This document shows, piece after piece, positions 52,584 through 63,148 of a stretch of 64,000 nucleotides of DNA. Both the position numbers and the translations under genes were made by a program. This stretch comes from an uncultured Gemmatimonadaceae bacterium. GTDB lineage: Bacteria > Gemmatimonadota > Gemmatimonadetes > Gemmatimonadales > Gemmatimonadaceae. Under the pieces are notes generated by a model, which was not told where the DNA came from, ran no database searches, and was given only the letters and a program-made list of their open reading frames with translations. The DNA is taken from positions 192,001 through 256,000 of the forward strand of contig CAWAGQ010000013.1 in the NCBI GenBank assembly GCA_963781585.1, read 5' to 3'. The number at the start of each line of letters is the position of its first letter. Within the stretch, counting starts at the first letter, position 1.

Positions 52584-55256
52584 ATGTCGCTCTCACCTGC
52601 CATGCGTCGCGGACTCCTGCTGCTACCGGCGTTGCTGACCCTCACCGCCCGGGCCACGGCGGCGCAGCAACCCGCTGGCGCGCCGTACCGCGATCCGGCC
52701 CGGCCGGTGGATGAGCGGGTGCGCGATCTCCTGGGGCGGATGACCCGCGAGGAGAAATTCTGGCAGCTGTTCATGATCCCGGGCGACCTGGACGATCCGG
52801 CGCACGACTATTCTCATGGCATCTTCGGTCTTCAGATCCGGATGCCCCGTGACTCGGGTCGCGATGCCGCCACCGCGGCGCGCACACACGCCGAGCGGAT
52901 CAACGCCATCCAGCGCTACTTCGTCGAACGGACCCGGCTCGGAATCCCGATCATTCCATTCGAGGAGGCTGTGCACGGCTTCCTGGGGCCGGGAGCCATA
53001 GTCTTCCCGCAGGCCATCGGCCTGGCCGCCACCTGGGACACCGCGCTGATGTCCCGCGTGGCCGCGGCCATCGCGCAGGAAACCAGAACGCGCGGTGTCC
53101 GCCAGGTCCTGTCACCGGTGGTGAACATCGCGAATGACGTGCGATGGGGGCGCGTGGAAGAGACGTACGGTGAGGATCCGTACCTCGTCTCGCTGATGGG
53201 GCTGAGCTTCGTCGCCGCGTTCGAGCGTGATGGCGTCGTGGCGACACCCAAGCACTTCGTGGCCAACGTCGGGGCAGGAGGACGCGACAGCTACCCGATC
53301 GACTATAGCGACCGGCTCCTGGAGGAGTACTTCTATCCGCCTTTCCGTGACGCCATCCGCGAGGGGGGCGCGCGGTCCATCATGAGTGCCTACAACTCCG
53401 TGGACGGAGTGCCCGCCACCCAGAACCGGCACCTGCTCACAGACGTGTTGCGCGGGGAGTGGGGATTTGGTGGGTTCGTGATCTCGGACGCGGCGGCCAC
53501 GGGAGGCGCCACGGTCCTGCATCACACCGAGGCGAATACTGCATCGGCCGCGAAGGACGCCCTCGACGCCGGCCTGGATGTGATCTTCCAGTCCTCGTGG
53601 GAGCAGCACCGTCCCTATCTCGACGCGATCCAGCGCGGCCTCGTGGCCGACTCCGTGATCGATGCGGCGGTCGCGCGCGTGCTGCGCGTGAAATTCGACC
53701 TCGGTCTGTTCGAGCACCCGTACGTGGACCCGGATAGCGCCGCGCGCGGGAACGCGAGTGCGGCGCACCGGTCGCTGGCGCTCGAAGCGGCGCGTGCGTC
53801 GATGGTGCTGCTGCGCAACGAAGGCGGCACGCTCCCGCTCGATCGCGCCGTGCGCGCGGTAGCCGTGATCGGAACGGACGCGGTCGAGGCAAGGCTTGGT
53901 GGATACAGCGGCCCGGGGGTGCGGCGAACCTCGATTCTGGATGGGATTCGCGAGAAGGTGGGGGGGCCGGCCCAAGTGCGATTCGCGCCGGGGCCCGGTC
54001 GCATTGCGCGCGACCACGTTGTGGTGCCGGCCACCCAGCTCGCCTGGGATTCGGCCGGAACCACCATTCGCGGGTTGCGCGGTGAGTACTTCGACAACAA
54101 TCGACTCGAGGGATCGCCGCGGTTGGCGCGTAACGACCAGCGGATCGATTTCGGTTGGACTCTGAACTCACCCGGCCGCGGAATCCCATTCGACTGGTAC
54201 TCGGTGCGATGGACCGGGCGTCTTGCCGTGCCCGCCGGCGGTGTGCGCCGCCTCGGGATCGAAGGGAACGACGGCTACCGGCTGTACCTCGATGGCAGGT
54301 TGGTCATTGACGATTGGCGGAAGGAGTCGTACGGGACCCGTTTTGCCCGGGTGGATCTGGCTGCGGGCACATCGCACGACATCCGACTCGAGTACTTCGA
54401 GAGTACCGGCAACGCGCGCGTGAAGCTCGTGTGGGACGCGGGTGTGGCGGACGACTGGAGCGCGTCGATCGACAGCGCCGTCTCGCTGGCGCGTGTCAGC
54501 GACGTGGCGGTGGTCGTAGCCGGCGTGGAGGAGGGAGAGTTTCGCGACCGGGCCCTGCTCGGACTCCCCGGCCACCAGGAGGAACTGATCGAGCGCGTGG
54601 CCAGGGTGGGAAAGCCGGTGGTTGTTGTGCTCATCGGCGGAAGCGCTGTGACCATGAACTCCTGGCTGGATGGGGTCGGCGCGGTGCTCGACGCGTGGTA
54701 TCCCGGCGAGGAAGGCGGGCACGCGGTGGCCGACGTGCTGTTCGGTGACTCCAACCCGGCCGGGCGCCTGCCGGTGAGCTTCCCGATGTCCGAGGGACAA
54801 CTGCCGCTGGTGTACGATCACAAGCCCACGGGACGCGGGGACGACTACCTGGACCTCACCGGCCAGCCGCTCTTTCCGTTCGGCTTCGGTCTGAGCTACA
54901 CCACCTTCGAATATTCGGAACTGCAGATCGAACCGGCGGGCATTCCGGCCGGCGGTACGGCACTCGTTAGGTGCCGGGTGCGCAACACCGGCTCACGCGC
55001 CGGCGACGAAGTCGCGCAGCTCTACCTCCACGACGTTCTCGCGTCGGTGGCGCGCCCGGTCATGCAATTGGGCGGGTTCCAGCGCGTGCACCTGGCCCCG
55101 GACGAAGAACGCGAAGTCACATTCCGCGTCGGGACAGACCAGTTGCGCATGCTCGATGGAAACATGAAGTGGGTCGTGGAGCCGGGCACGTTCCGGGTGA
55201 TGGTTGGAGCGTCGTCGAAGGACATCCGTCTGCGGGGCGAGTTGACGGTGAAGTGA
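52584..55256 (+). CDS. Beta-glucosidase, GH3 with PA14 and Fn3-like domains
   Basis: EEAVHG, RWGRVEETYGEDP, KHF, MSAYN, VISD, AWYPGEEGG, FPFGFGLSYTTF. Confidence 0.95.
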   Translation: MSLSPAMRRGLLLLPALLTLTARATAAQQPAGAPYRDPARPVDERVRDLLGRMTREEKFWQLFMIPGDLDDPAHDYSHGIFGLQIRMPRDSGRDAATAARTHAERINAIQRYFVERTRLGIPIIPFEEAVHGFLGPGAIVFPQAIGLAATWDTALMSRVAAAIAQETRTRGVRQVLSPVVNIANDVRWGRVEETYGEDPYLVSLMGLSFVAAFERDGVVATPKHFVANVGAGGRDSYPIDYSDRLLEEYFYPPFRDAIREGGARSIMSAYNSVDGVPATQNRHLLTDVLRGEWGFGGFVISDAAATGGATVLHHTEANTASAAKDALDAGLDVIFQSSWEQHRPYLDAIQRGLVADSVIDAAVARVLRVKFDLGLFEHPYVDPDSAARGNASAAHRSLALEAARASMVLLRNEGGTLPLDRAVRAVAVIGTDAVEARLGGYSGPGVRRTSILDGIREKVGGPAQVRFAPGPGRIARDHVVVPATQLAWDSAGTTIRGLRGEYFDNNRLEGSPRLARNDQRIDFGWTLNSPGRGIPFDWYSVRWTGRLAVPAGGVRRLGIEGNDGYRLYLDGRLVIDDWRKESYGTRFARVDLAAGTSHDIRLEYFESTGNARVKLVWDAGVADDWSASIDSAVSLARVSDVAVVVAGVEEGEFRDRALLGLPGHQEELIERVARVGKPVVVVLIGGSAVTMNSWLDGVGAVLDAWYPGEEGGHAVADVLFGDSNPAGRLPVSFPMSEGQLPLVYDHKPTGRGDDYLDLTGQPLFPFGFGLSYTTFEYSELQIEPAGIPAGGTALVRCRVRNTGSRAGDEVAQLYLHDVLASVARPVMQLGGFQRVHLAPDEEREVTFRVGTDQLRMLDGNMKWVVEPGTFRVMVGASSKDIRLRGELTVK

Positions 55257-55419
55257 TGCCGGCCGCTCTCGCGACGAGCATGCGTGTGTCGGCCCAATCT
55301 TCGCTCGGACTGGCGGAGCGGACAAACCCGGCTCATCTTCGTCGCGCCGCCTTCATTCCCCAGGCCGCGGTGCCGGCGCGAACGTCGGCTGAACCTTCGA
55401 TATCCGAGAGGGCCGTTTC

Positions 55420-55860
55420 ATGCGCAAGGCTATCGTGTTCGTCGCCGTGCTTTTCGCGTGCGCCAAATCCGAAACGGCGCAGAACGGCATGTCAGCCAGT
55501 GCCAATGTCCTTACCCCAGCAGCGATTGCCGGGACCTGGACTGGCGTGTCGATGGCCGAGGGCAGCGATTCGGTGCTCAATCACTGGACGGCAACGAGCG
55601 TGAGTGACATGGAAGGAAACCTGGTCATCGAGGGCTCCCCCGATACCGTCCACTACACCATGACGTTCGACGCCGACAGCTTCGTTGCCACGTCGACGCC
55701 GTACTCGGATCCGTCCATGCCCACTGGGCCCAAGCTGATCTTCAGATCCGTGGGCCGGCTGCAGGACGGCAAGCTGGTCGGTACGAGCACGAACATGCTG
55801 GCAGACAAGCCCGATTCGATCGTAAGCCACGATCATTTCAGCGGCAGCAAGGCGCCCTAG
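55420..55860 (+). CDS. Hypothetical lipoprotein
   Basis: MRKAIVFVAVLFAC lipobox, SD GAGGG, beta-rich sequence. Confidence 0.75.
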   Translation: MRKAIVFVAVLFACAKSETAQNGMSASANVLTPAAIAGTWTGVSMAEGSDSVLNHWTATSVSDMEGNLVIEGSPDTVHYTMTFDADSFVATSTPYSDPSMPTGPKLIFRSVGRLQDGKLVGTSTNMLADKPDSIVSHDHFSGSKAP

Positions 55861-56078
55861 CTTCCTCCGCCTGCCAGCGTCCCCGGGGCCGTCCGAGCAG
55901 GGCGGCCCCGGTTCGTACCATCCCCACTCTTTTCGCCTGACCTCGGGGTCTCAGTGGCAAGTCCGAAAGATCCACTGCCGGGCACGTGCGGTTGTCGCGT
56001 CGGCGCGATGGGGTGGGTCTTCCTCGGCGCCCGCTGTGGTGCGAACGATCGTTGCTCGCCCGGCGTATCTCGAACACC

Positions 56079-57620
56079 ATGAGCCTCCTCGACTTCCTGT
56101 GCCGCGCGAGGGCGCGGCGGCCACGGCTGCGCCCCATATCCCGGCGTCCCGGCCATGCCCCGGCGGTCCCGCTCGTCGCATTGGGGTCCGCGCTTCTGGC
56201 GGGGTGCGTGCCGCCGCATACCGTCAGCGGGGTGACCGCGTCGCCGCGGTCGCCGCAATCCACGTGGACGCCCGCCGCGGAGGCGGGCGCACCACTGCAT
56301 GGGTCGCAAATGGCGTTTGCCGAACCATCGGCCGATGCCGCGGTGCATCTGGGTGCGCTCTCCCTCGAGGATGTCATCGATCAGGCCCTGCGGAACAGCC
56401 CCCAAACGCGTGCCTCCTGGGCGCAGGCAAGGGCGGCTGACGCGTCGTACGGGTCGGCCCGCGGGCGCTACCTGCCGCAGCTCGATCTCACGGCAGCGGG
56501 CGGCCCGTCCCGATCCATCTCGCAGAACCCGGCGCGCATTCCTGCCAACCGGACGACGTTCAACGCCGCCCTGTCGCTGCAGTACGTGCTGCTCGATTTC
56601 GGATCTCGTGGGGGCTCGCTGTCGGCGGCTCGCGAAGGTCTCTTTGCCGCCGACCTGACGCATAACGCGGCGGTACAGAGCGTGGTGCTGCAGGCGGAGA
56701 GCGCGTATTTCAGCTACCAGGCGGCGCGCGGATTGCTCGTCGCCGCACACCAGACCGTGGCGACGGCCCAGGCGAACCTCGCGGCAGCGGAGCGCCGGCA
56801 CGACGTGGGGCTGGCCACCATTGCCGACGTGCTCCAGGCGAGAACCGCCCTGGCGCAATCGCAGCTGTCCGAGCAGACCGCTGACGGGAACGTCCAGGCC
56901 GCTCGCGCTCAGCTCGCGCTCACGTTGGGCCTCGACGCGAACGCCCCGTTCGACGTTGCTCCGGACACCGGTGCCACGCCGGTCTCACGGGTCGCCGACA
57001 ACGTGGATTCACTCATCGCGAGGGCTGTTCTGGGGCGACCTGACGTCGCCGCCGCCCGGGCCCTCGCCCGTCAGAGCGAAGCGGAAGTGCGCGTGGCCAG
57101 GTCGGAGACGTTGCCCAGCGTGACGGTGGGATCCACGACGGGGAAGAGCTTCTCGAACAACCAGAATCTCGAGGGGCGCACGTACACGGTCACGCTCGGG
57201 CTGTCGGTGCCGATCTTCAACGGCCTGTCCCGGGAAAACGACGTGGCGGCGGCCAATGCGCTGGCCTCGGCCGCCGCGGCGCGAGCCGAGCAGACGCGGC
57301 TCCAGGCGGTGGCCCAGGTATTTACTTCGTACTACGCCCTGCAGACGGCGACTCAACGCGTGTCGACGTCCGCGGACCTTCTGGCCAGCGCAACGCGCTC
57401 CGAGGAGGTGGCGGTTGGCCGATACGCGGAGGGGGTGGGTACAATTCTCGATCTACTCACCGCGCAGACCGTTCTGGCAGACGCCAGAGCCCAGTCCGTG
57501 CAGGCGCGGTGGACCTGGTACGCGGCGCTCGCGCAGCTCGCGCGGGACGCCGGTGTGCTGGGGACGCACGGCGAACCAAACCTGACGCTCACCGCGGGTG
57601 CAGGCGGAACGAACCGATAG
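56079..57620 (+). CDS. TolC family outer membrane efflux lipoprotein
   Basis: LLAGC lipobox, LSLEDVIDQALRNSP, VGLATIADVLQA, YAEGVGTILDLLTAQ. Confidence 0.9.
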   Translation: MSLLDFLCRARARRPRLRPISRRPGHAPAVPLVALGSALLAGCVPPHTVSGVTASPRSPQSTWTPAAEAGAPLHGSQMAFAEPSADAAVHLGALSLEDVIDQALRNSPQTRASWAQARAADASYGSARGRYLPQLDLTAAGGPSRSISQNPARIPANRTTFNAALSLQYVLLDFGSRGGSLSAAREGLFAADLTHNAAVQSVVLQAESAYFSYQAARGLLVAAHQTVATAQANLAAAERRHDVGLATIADVLQARTALAQSQLSEQTADGNVQAARAQLALTLGLDANAPFDVAPDTGATPVSRVADNVDSLIARAVLGRPDVAAARALARQSEAEVRVARSETLPSVTVGSTTGKSFSNNQNLEGRTYTVTLGLSVPIFNGLSRENDVAAANALASAAAARAEQTRLQAVAQVFTSYYALQTATQRVSTSADLLASATRSEEVAVGRYAEGVGTILDLLTAQTVLADARAQSVQARWTWYAALAQLARDAGVLGTHGEPNLTLTAGAGGTNR

Positions 57621-57633
57621 ATGGATCACGAGC

Positions 57634-57668
57634 AGCGTTCAGCGAACAGCGGTCAGCGATCGGCACCG
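57634..57668. repeat. Short family-A heptamer array
   Basis: agcgttc agcgaac agcggtc agcgatc ggcaccg, just after the TolC stop codon. Confidence 0.6.
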
Positions 57669-57740
57669 GGAGTCGCGCTGCCTCGCGATTCCGCCCGAGC
57701 CGAGGTTGCTGTCGGGCGGCGTGGCCGCGCGGAGAACCGC

Positions 57741-58868
57741 GTGCCGTCGGCGTTAGGCGCCGTGATGGTCGCGTCGCTGGCGGCCTGTCACGGCCAGACA
57801 CCTCCTCCCAAGGCGCCGGTGGCGGTGACGATCGCGGTGGTCGAGCAGGGGCCCGCGCCGTACGTGGTGCCGTCGAACGGGGTGGTGGAGCCGATGCAGT
57901 CCGTGGCGGTGCAGTCGCAGGTGGGGGGCGTGCTGCAGGCTGTGCGATTCTCCGAAGGCGACGAGGTGCGGGCGGGGCAAGTGCTGTTCGAGATCGATCC
58001 GCGTCCGTTCCAGGCCGCTCGCGATCAGGCGCGCGCGGTGCTCGCCAGGGACGAGGCGCAGGCCGGAAACGCCCAGCGCGATGCCGACCGCTACGCCGCC
58101 CTGGTGCAGAAGGACTACGTCACCAAGTCCCAGGCCGACCAGGCGACAGCGAACGCGGCGGCGCAAAGGCAGGTGGTGGAGGCTGATCGTGCCGCGCTGG
58201 CCAACGCCGAGTTCAATCTCGACAACGCCACCATTCGGGCGCCGATCTCGGGAAAAACCGGGTCGCTGCTGGTGCGCGAAGGGAACCTGGTGAAGCCCGG
58301 CTCCGCGCCGCCGCTGGTGGTCATCAACCAGATCCACCCGATCCTGGTGCGTTTCACGGTGCCCGACCGCGAGCTCCCGAACGTGCAGAAGTACGCGGCG
58401 ACGCACGACCTCGCGGTGCGCGCCACGCCGCGTGGTGATGCGGTGCCGGAGTCGGGGAAGCTCAGTTTCGTGGACAACGGCGTAGACACCACGTCCGGGA
58501 CCATCGTCCTCAAGGGGCGGTTCGACAATCGCGACGGGCGACTCTGGCCCGGTCAATTCGTGGCGGTCGAGCTGCAGTTATTCGTGCAGGAGGGCGCCAC
58601 GCTGGTGCCGGACGCGGCGGTGCAGGTGGGCCAGGACGGTCCGTTCGTGTTCGTGGTCGACGCGCAGAACAAGGCGGAGGTGCGGCCGGTGGTGACCGTA
58701 AGGTCGGTGGGGAGCCGGGTGGTGATCGCCAAGGGCGTGCAGGCCGGCGAACGTGTGGTGACGGACGGGCAGTCGCGCCTGGTGCCGGGGGCGGCGGTGG
58801 AGATCCGCCCGGCGATGGCCGATTCGGCGCTCGGCGCGGCTCCCGCGGCCACAGAGAGAACCCCGTGA
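57741..58868 (+). CDS. RND efflux periplasmic adaptor subunit (MdtA-like)
   Basis: FSEGDEVRAGQVLFEIDPRPF, IRAPISG, VDTTSGT, LWPGQFV; GTG start after GGAG. Confidence 0.92.
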   Translation: MPSALGAVMVASLAACHGQTPPPKAPVAVTIAVVEQGPAPYVVPSNGVVEPMQSVAVQSQVGGVLQAVRFSEGDEVRAGQVLFEIDPRPFQAARDQARAVLARDEAQAGNAQRDADRYAALVQKDYVTKSQADQATANAAAQRQVVEADRAALANAEFNLDNATIRAPISGKTGSLLVREGNLVKPGSAPPLVVINQIHPILVRFTVPDRELPNVQKYAATHDLAVRATPRGDAVPESGKLSFVDNGVDTTSGTIVLKGRFDNRDGRLWPGQFVAVELQLFVQEGATLVPDAAVQVGQDGPFVFVVDAQNKAEVRPVVTVRSVGSRVVIAKGVQAGERVVTDGQSRLVPGAAVEIRPAMADSALGAAPAATERTP

Positions 58869-61800
58869 ACTTCACGGCGGTGTTCATCCGCCGCCCGGTC
58901 ATGACCACGCTGGTCATGATCGCGATCCTGGTGTTCGGGGTGCTCGCCTACTTCCGGTTGGCGGTGAGCGACCTGCCTAACGTGGACTATCCCACGATCA
59001 CGGTGTCGGCGGGCCTCCCGGGCGCCAGTCCGGAGACGATGGCGGCGGCGGTGGCCACGCCGCTCGAGAAGCAGTTCACGACCATCGCCGGGCTCGACAA
59101 CATGGTCTCATCGAGCTCACTCGGCGGCACGTCGATCACGCTCCAGTTCACCCTCGCACGCAACATCGACGCCGCCGCGCAGGACGTGCAGTCGGCGATC
59201 TCGAAGACGATGCGGGATCTGCCGCCGGGGATCATCCAGCCGTCGATGCAGAAGACCAATCCGGCGGATCAGCCGATCCTGTACCTGCACGTGCTGTCGA
59301 AGACGATGCCGCTGTCGCAGCTGGACGAGTACGCCGAGACCGTGCTGGCGCAGCGGATCTCGACCGTGTCGGGTGTGGCGTCGGTGAACGTGTTCGGTTC
59401 GCAGAAGTACGCCACGCGCATCCAGCTCGACCCGCGGGCGCTGGCGAGCCGCGGCATCGGGATCGACGAGGTGGCGGCGGCGGTGAACGCGGCGAACGTG
59501 AACCTCCCGACCGGCGTGCTGTGGGGCCCGAACCGCGCGTACACCGTCCAGGCGAACGGCCAGCTGGCGAAGGCGGTCGAGTTCGGGGATCTGGTGGTGA
59601 CGTACAAGAACGGGGCGCCGGTGCGGCTGGCCGACCTCGGGAAGGTGAGCGACGACGTCCAGAACAGCCGCACCGCGGCCTGGAATGACGACGCACGCTC
59701 GATCTCGCTGGCGATACAGAAGCAGCCCGGCACGAACACGGTGGAGGTGGCCGGCGCGGTGAAGGCGATGCTGCCGGCGTTGCGGGCCCAGATGCCGGCG
59801 GCCGTGGACGCCGAAATCTTCTACGACCGCGCCCAGCGGATCCGGAATTCGGTGCACGACGTGAAGTTCACCCTCACCGTGACGCTGTGCCTGGTGGTGC
59901 TGGTGATCTTCCTGTTCCTGCGCAACCTGTCGGCCACGGTGATTCCGAGTCTGGCGCTGCCGATGTCGATCGTGGGCACCTTCGGGGTGATGTTCGCGTT
60001 AGGCTTCAGCCTCGACAACCTGTCGCTGATGGCGCTGACGCTGGCGGTGGGGTTCGTGGTCGACGACGCGATCGTGATGCTCGAGAACATCGTGCGCCAC
60101 ATGGAGATGGGAAAGCGGCCGCTGCAGGCCGCGCTCGACGGCGCGCGGCAGGTGGGATTCACCATCCTGTCGATGACCCTCTCGCTCACGGCGGTGTTCA
60201 TTCCGCTGCTGTTCATGGGCGGCCTGGTGGGGCGGCTGTTCCGGGAGTTCGCCGTGACCATTGCGGTGGCGATTCTCGTCTCGGGGTTCGTGTCGCTCAC
60301 GCTCACGCCGATGCTCTCGGCGCGCTTCCTCAACGCGCGGCGGCTCCACGGCGCGCACAACCTGGTGTTCGACGGCTTCGAGGCCGGCTACCAGGCCACG
60401 CGACGCTTCTATGAACGGACACTGCGGTGGGTCCTGCGACACCGGCCGACCGCGATGGCGTTCTCGCTGCTGACGCTGGTGGCCACGGGGGCGCTGTTCC
60501 AGCTCGTCCCCAAGGGCTTCTTTCCCTCGGAGGACCAGGGGATCATCCGCTCCAACACCGAGACCGCCCAGGGCACCAGCTTCGACGAGATGGTTCGGCA
60601 CCAGCTGGCGGCGGACAGCGTGGTGCTCTCCGACCCGAACATTGCGTCGATCAGTTCGTCGGTGGGGAGCGGATACGGCGGGTCCGCCGGCACGGCCAAC
60701 ACCGGCCGCATCACCATGCGGCTCAAGCCGCGCGCCGAACGGGCGCTCGACGCCGACCAGATCATCGCCGAGCTGCAGAAGCGCCTGAGCACCCTGCCGG
60801 GCATTGCCGTCTACCTGCAGAACCCGCCGACGATCAACATCGGCGGGCGATCGGCGAAGGGGCTGTACCAGTACACGCTCACCGGCGCCGACCTGCCGTC
60901 GCTGTATCGCGCCGGCCAGGAAATGGAGACCGTCATTCGCGGCATCGACGGACTGACCGACGTCACCACGGACCTGCAGATCGCCAACCCGCAGGTCTCG
61001 GTGGAGCTGGAGCGCGATGCCGCGGCGCACTTCGGCGTGACCCCGGAGCAGATCGAGCAGGCGCTGTACGACGCCTACGGTTCGCGCCAGGTGTCCACCA
61101 CGTACACGCCGAACAACGAGTACTGGGTGATTCTCGAGCTGCTGCCGGAGTTCCAGCAGGACCTGCGAGCGCTGGATCTCCTGTACGTTCGTTCGCGGAG
61201 CGGAACGCTCGTCCCGCTGTCCACCGTGACCAGTGTGCGGCACACGGTGGGGCCGATGCTGGTGAATCACACCGGGCAGCTGCCCAGCGTGACCATCTCG
61301 TTCAATACCGCGGCCGGCGTGTCGCTGGGGGCGGCGGTGACGTCGGTGACGCGCGCCGCGCGGCGCACGCTCCCCGAGGGCGTGACCGGCGCGTTCTACG
61401 GCACCGCACAGGTGTTCCAGCAGACGCAGAAGGGGTTGCTGGCGCTGTTCGTGGTGGCGGTGTTCGTGATCTACATCGTGCTCGGTATTCTCTACGAGAG
61501 CTTCATCCATCCGCTCACGATTCTGTCGGGGATTCCGTTCGCGGCATTCGGCGCGCTGCTGGCGCTGCTGCTCACGCGCACCGAACTCACGGTGTACGCG
61601 TGGGTGGGCGTGATCATGCTGGTGGGGCTGGTGAAGAAGAACGCCATCATGATGGTGGACTTCGCCACCGAGGCGCAGCGCAAGGAGGGGAAGAACGCGT
61701 TCGACGCGATCACCGAGGCCTGTCTGGTGCGGTTCCGGCCGATCATGATGACGACGATGGCGGCGCTGGTGGGTACGCTGCCAATCGCGTTGGGTGCGGG

Positions 61801-61999
61801 GTCGGGCGCCGAAGCGCGCCGCCCGCTCGGGATCGTGGTGGTGGGCGGGCTGGCCTTCTCGCAGGTGGTGACGCTTTACGTCACGCCGGTGATTTTCACC
61901 TACTTCGACGGATTCGTGCGGCGGTTCGGGCGGCGGGCGACGGAGGAACGCACCGAACCGCTGGTCATGCAGCCGGGCGTGGTGACGGCCGGGGACTGA
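58865..61999 (+). CDS. RND efflux permease subunit (MdtB/MdtC-like)
   Basis: FIRRPVMT, LPGASPETMA, GFVVDDAIVMLENI, VKKNAIMMVDF, RFRPIMMTT. Confidence 0.95.
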   Translation: MNFTAVFIRRPVMTTLVMIAILVFGVLAYFRLAVSDLPNVDYPTITVSAGLPGASPETMAAAVATPLEKQFTTIAGLDNMVSSSSLGGTSITLQFTLARNIDAAAQDVQSAISKTMRDLPPGIIQPSMQKTNPADQPILYLHVLSKTMPLSQLDEYAETVLAQRISTVSGVASVNVFGSQKYATRIQLDPRALASRGIGIDEVAAAVNAANVNLPTGVLWGPNRAYTVQANGQLAKAVEFGDLVVTYKNGAPVRLADLGKVSDDVQNSRTAAWNDDARSISLAIQKQPGTNTVEVAGAVKAMLPALRAQMPAAVDAEIFYDRAQRIRNSVHDVKFTLTVTLCLVVLVIFLFLRNLSATVIPSLALPMSIVGTFGVMFALGFSLDNLSLMALTLAVGFVVDDAIVMLENIVRHMEMGKRPLQAALDGARQVGFTILSMTLSLTAVFIPLLFMGGLVGRLFREFAVTIAVAILVSGFVSLTLTPMLSARFLNARRLHGAHNLVFDGFEAGYQATRRFYERTLRWVLRHRPTAMAFSLLTLVATGALFQLVPKGFFPSEDQGIIRSNTETAQGTSFDEMVRHQLAADSVVLSDPNIASISSSVGSGYGGSAGTANTGRITMRLKPRAERALDADQIIAELQKRLSTLPGIAVYLQNPPTINIGGRSAKGLYQYTLTGADLPSLYRAGQEMETVIRGIDGLTDVTTDLQIANPQVSVELERDAAAHFGVTPEQIEQALYDAYGSRQVSTTYTPNNEYWVILELLPEFQQDLRALDLLYVRSRSGTLVPLSTVTSVRHTVGPMLVNHTGQLPSVTISFNTAAGVSLGAAVTSVTRAARRTLPEGVTGAFYGTAQVFQQTQKGLLALFVVAVFVIYIVLGILYESFIHPLTILSGIPFAAFGALLALLLTRTELTVYAWVGVIMLVGLVKKNAIMMVDFATEAQRKEGKNAFDAITEACLVRFRPIMMTTMAALVGTLPIALGAGSGAEARRPLGIVVVGGLAFSQVVTLYVTPVIFTYFDGFVRRFGRRATEERTEPLVMQPGVVTAGD

Positions 62000-62177
62000 C
62001 GCGGAGTGCCGTGTGCTGAACGGCTGAACTCGTTTCCGGGTGCGGCGACCGCGTGCTGGGCGTGGAGGGTGGACGCAGCGTGTCGATCGCCGTCGGCGGC
62101 CTCCGTCACCTGGGCGCGGCCCGCTCGCAACCGACCGCTCCACTTGTTCGCCGACGGCTGTCCGCCGTCTGCGCCCT

Positions 62178-62345
62178 TCACACCACATACGGAATCAGCC
62201 GCTTCGTGCGCGCGGCGTAGTCCCGATATTCGGGGTACCGCTCCGTCACCAGTCTTTCCTCGGCGGCGATGCGGACGGCAACTTCCACCACGGCCACCAG
62301 CCACAGCGCGATGCTCGCCGGCGACAGGTGGGACAGCACTCCGGC
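62178..62345 (-). pseudogene. C-terminal fragment of an isoprenylcysteine carboxylmethyltransferase/PEMT-family membrane protein
   Basis: AGVLSHLS...RIAAEERLVTERYPEYRDYAARTKRLIPYVV*; no RHPxY motif or N-terminal helices because the ZIP gene ends 17 bp upstream. Confidence 0.65.
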
Positions 62346-62362
62346 CGGTGGTTCGCCGACGC

Positions 62363-63148
62363 TCACCCACCTTGCAGTTTGGTGAGCAGGAAGGCCACCA
62401 GGAAGCCCACCACCGTAATGAGACCCGTGTACGCGTGCGCCACGGCAAACGCCTCCGGGATCATGGTGTCGACAAGCATGGCGAGCATCGCCCCGGCGGC
62501 AGTGGCGGTCGTGGCAGCCACGCCGGCGACCGACACGCTGCGGAACAGCACGAAGCCGATGAGTGCCGCGACCCCCGAGGCAAGGGTAATGCCGCCCCAC
62601 ACACCGAACACGTATTGCGGTGACCGTCCGGCGCGCCGCATTCCTGCCGCACTCGACAGGCCCTCGGGAATGTTGGAGAGGAAGATGGCGGTAACTGCCA
62701 CGGAATTCACCGCGCCGCCCTGCAGCAGACTGAGCCCGATCACGATCGACTCGGGAATGCCGTCCAGCAGTGCGCCCAGCGCGATGGCAGTGCCGCTCCC
62801 GGCCTGCTCCTCCTCGCTCGCCTGCATGTCGCCGGAGCGTTTCCGGTGTTTGGCTCCGCGTACGTCGAGAAACCGGTCGGCGGCGGTGTAGACGATGGCG
62901 CCAGCCAGGAAACCGATTGCGGTTGCAGGGAACCCCCCTCGCTGATAGGCCTCGTCCATGAGGTCGAACGCCAGTGCGGAGATGAGCACGCCACTGCCGA
63001 ACGCCATCACCGCCGCCACAAGGCGTGGCCGCAGGCGGGTCCAGAATCCGGCCGCGGCTCCGATCACCAGCGCCAAGCCACCCACCAGGCCCCACCATCC
63101 AGCCAGAAGCCAAGGGGGAAGGGAGTCAGGCCAGAGTCCATAGCTCAT
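62363..63148 (-). CDS. ZIP family (ZupT/GufA-like) metal transporter
   Basis: MAFGSGVLISA, LDGIPES, IFLSNIPEGLSS, TMIPEAF; the start lies inside a repeat array and is uncertain. Confidence 0.88.
   Translation of the reverse strand: MSYGLWPDSLPPWLLAGWWGLVGGLALVIGAAAGFWTRLRPRLVAAVMAFGSGVLISALAFDLMDEAYQRGGFPATAIGFLAGAIVYTAADRFLDVRGAKHRKRSGDMQASEEEQAGSGTAIALGALLDGIPESIVIGLSLLQGGAVNSVAVTAIFLSNIPEGLSSAAGMRRAGRSPQYVFGVWGGITLASGVAALIGFVLFRSVSVAGVAATTATAAGAMLAMLVDTMIPEAFAVAHAYTGLITVVGFLVAFLLTKLQGG

Noticed and set aside
55952..55977. CAGTGG...GAAA...CCACTG hairpin upstream of the efflux operon as a riboswitch
   Set aside because: A single short hairpin with no match to a riboswitch consensus I can support
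57621..57740. N-terminal extension of the efflux adaptor from ATG 57621
   Set aside because: It translates a heptamer array; GTG 57741 has an SD and is followed by a lipoprotein-like signal
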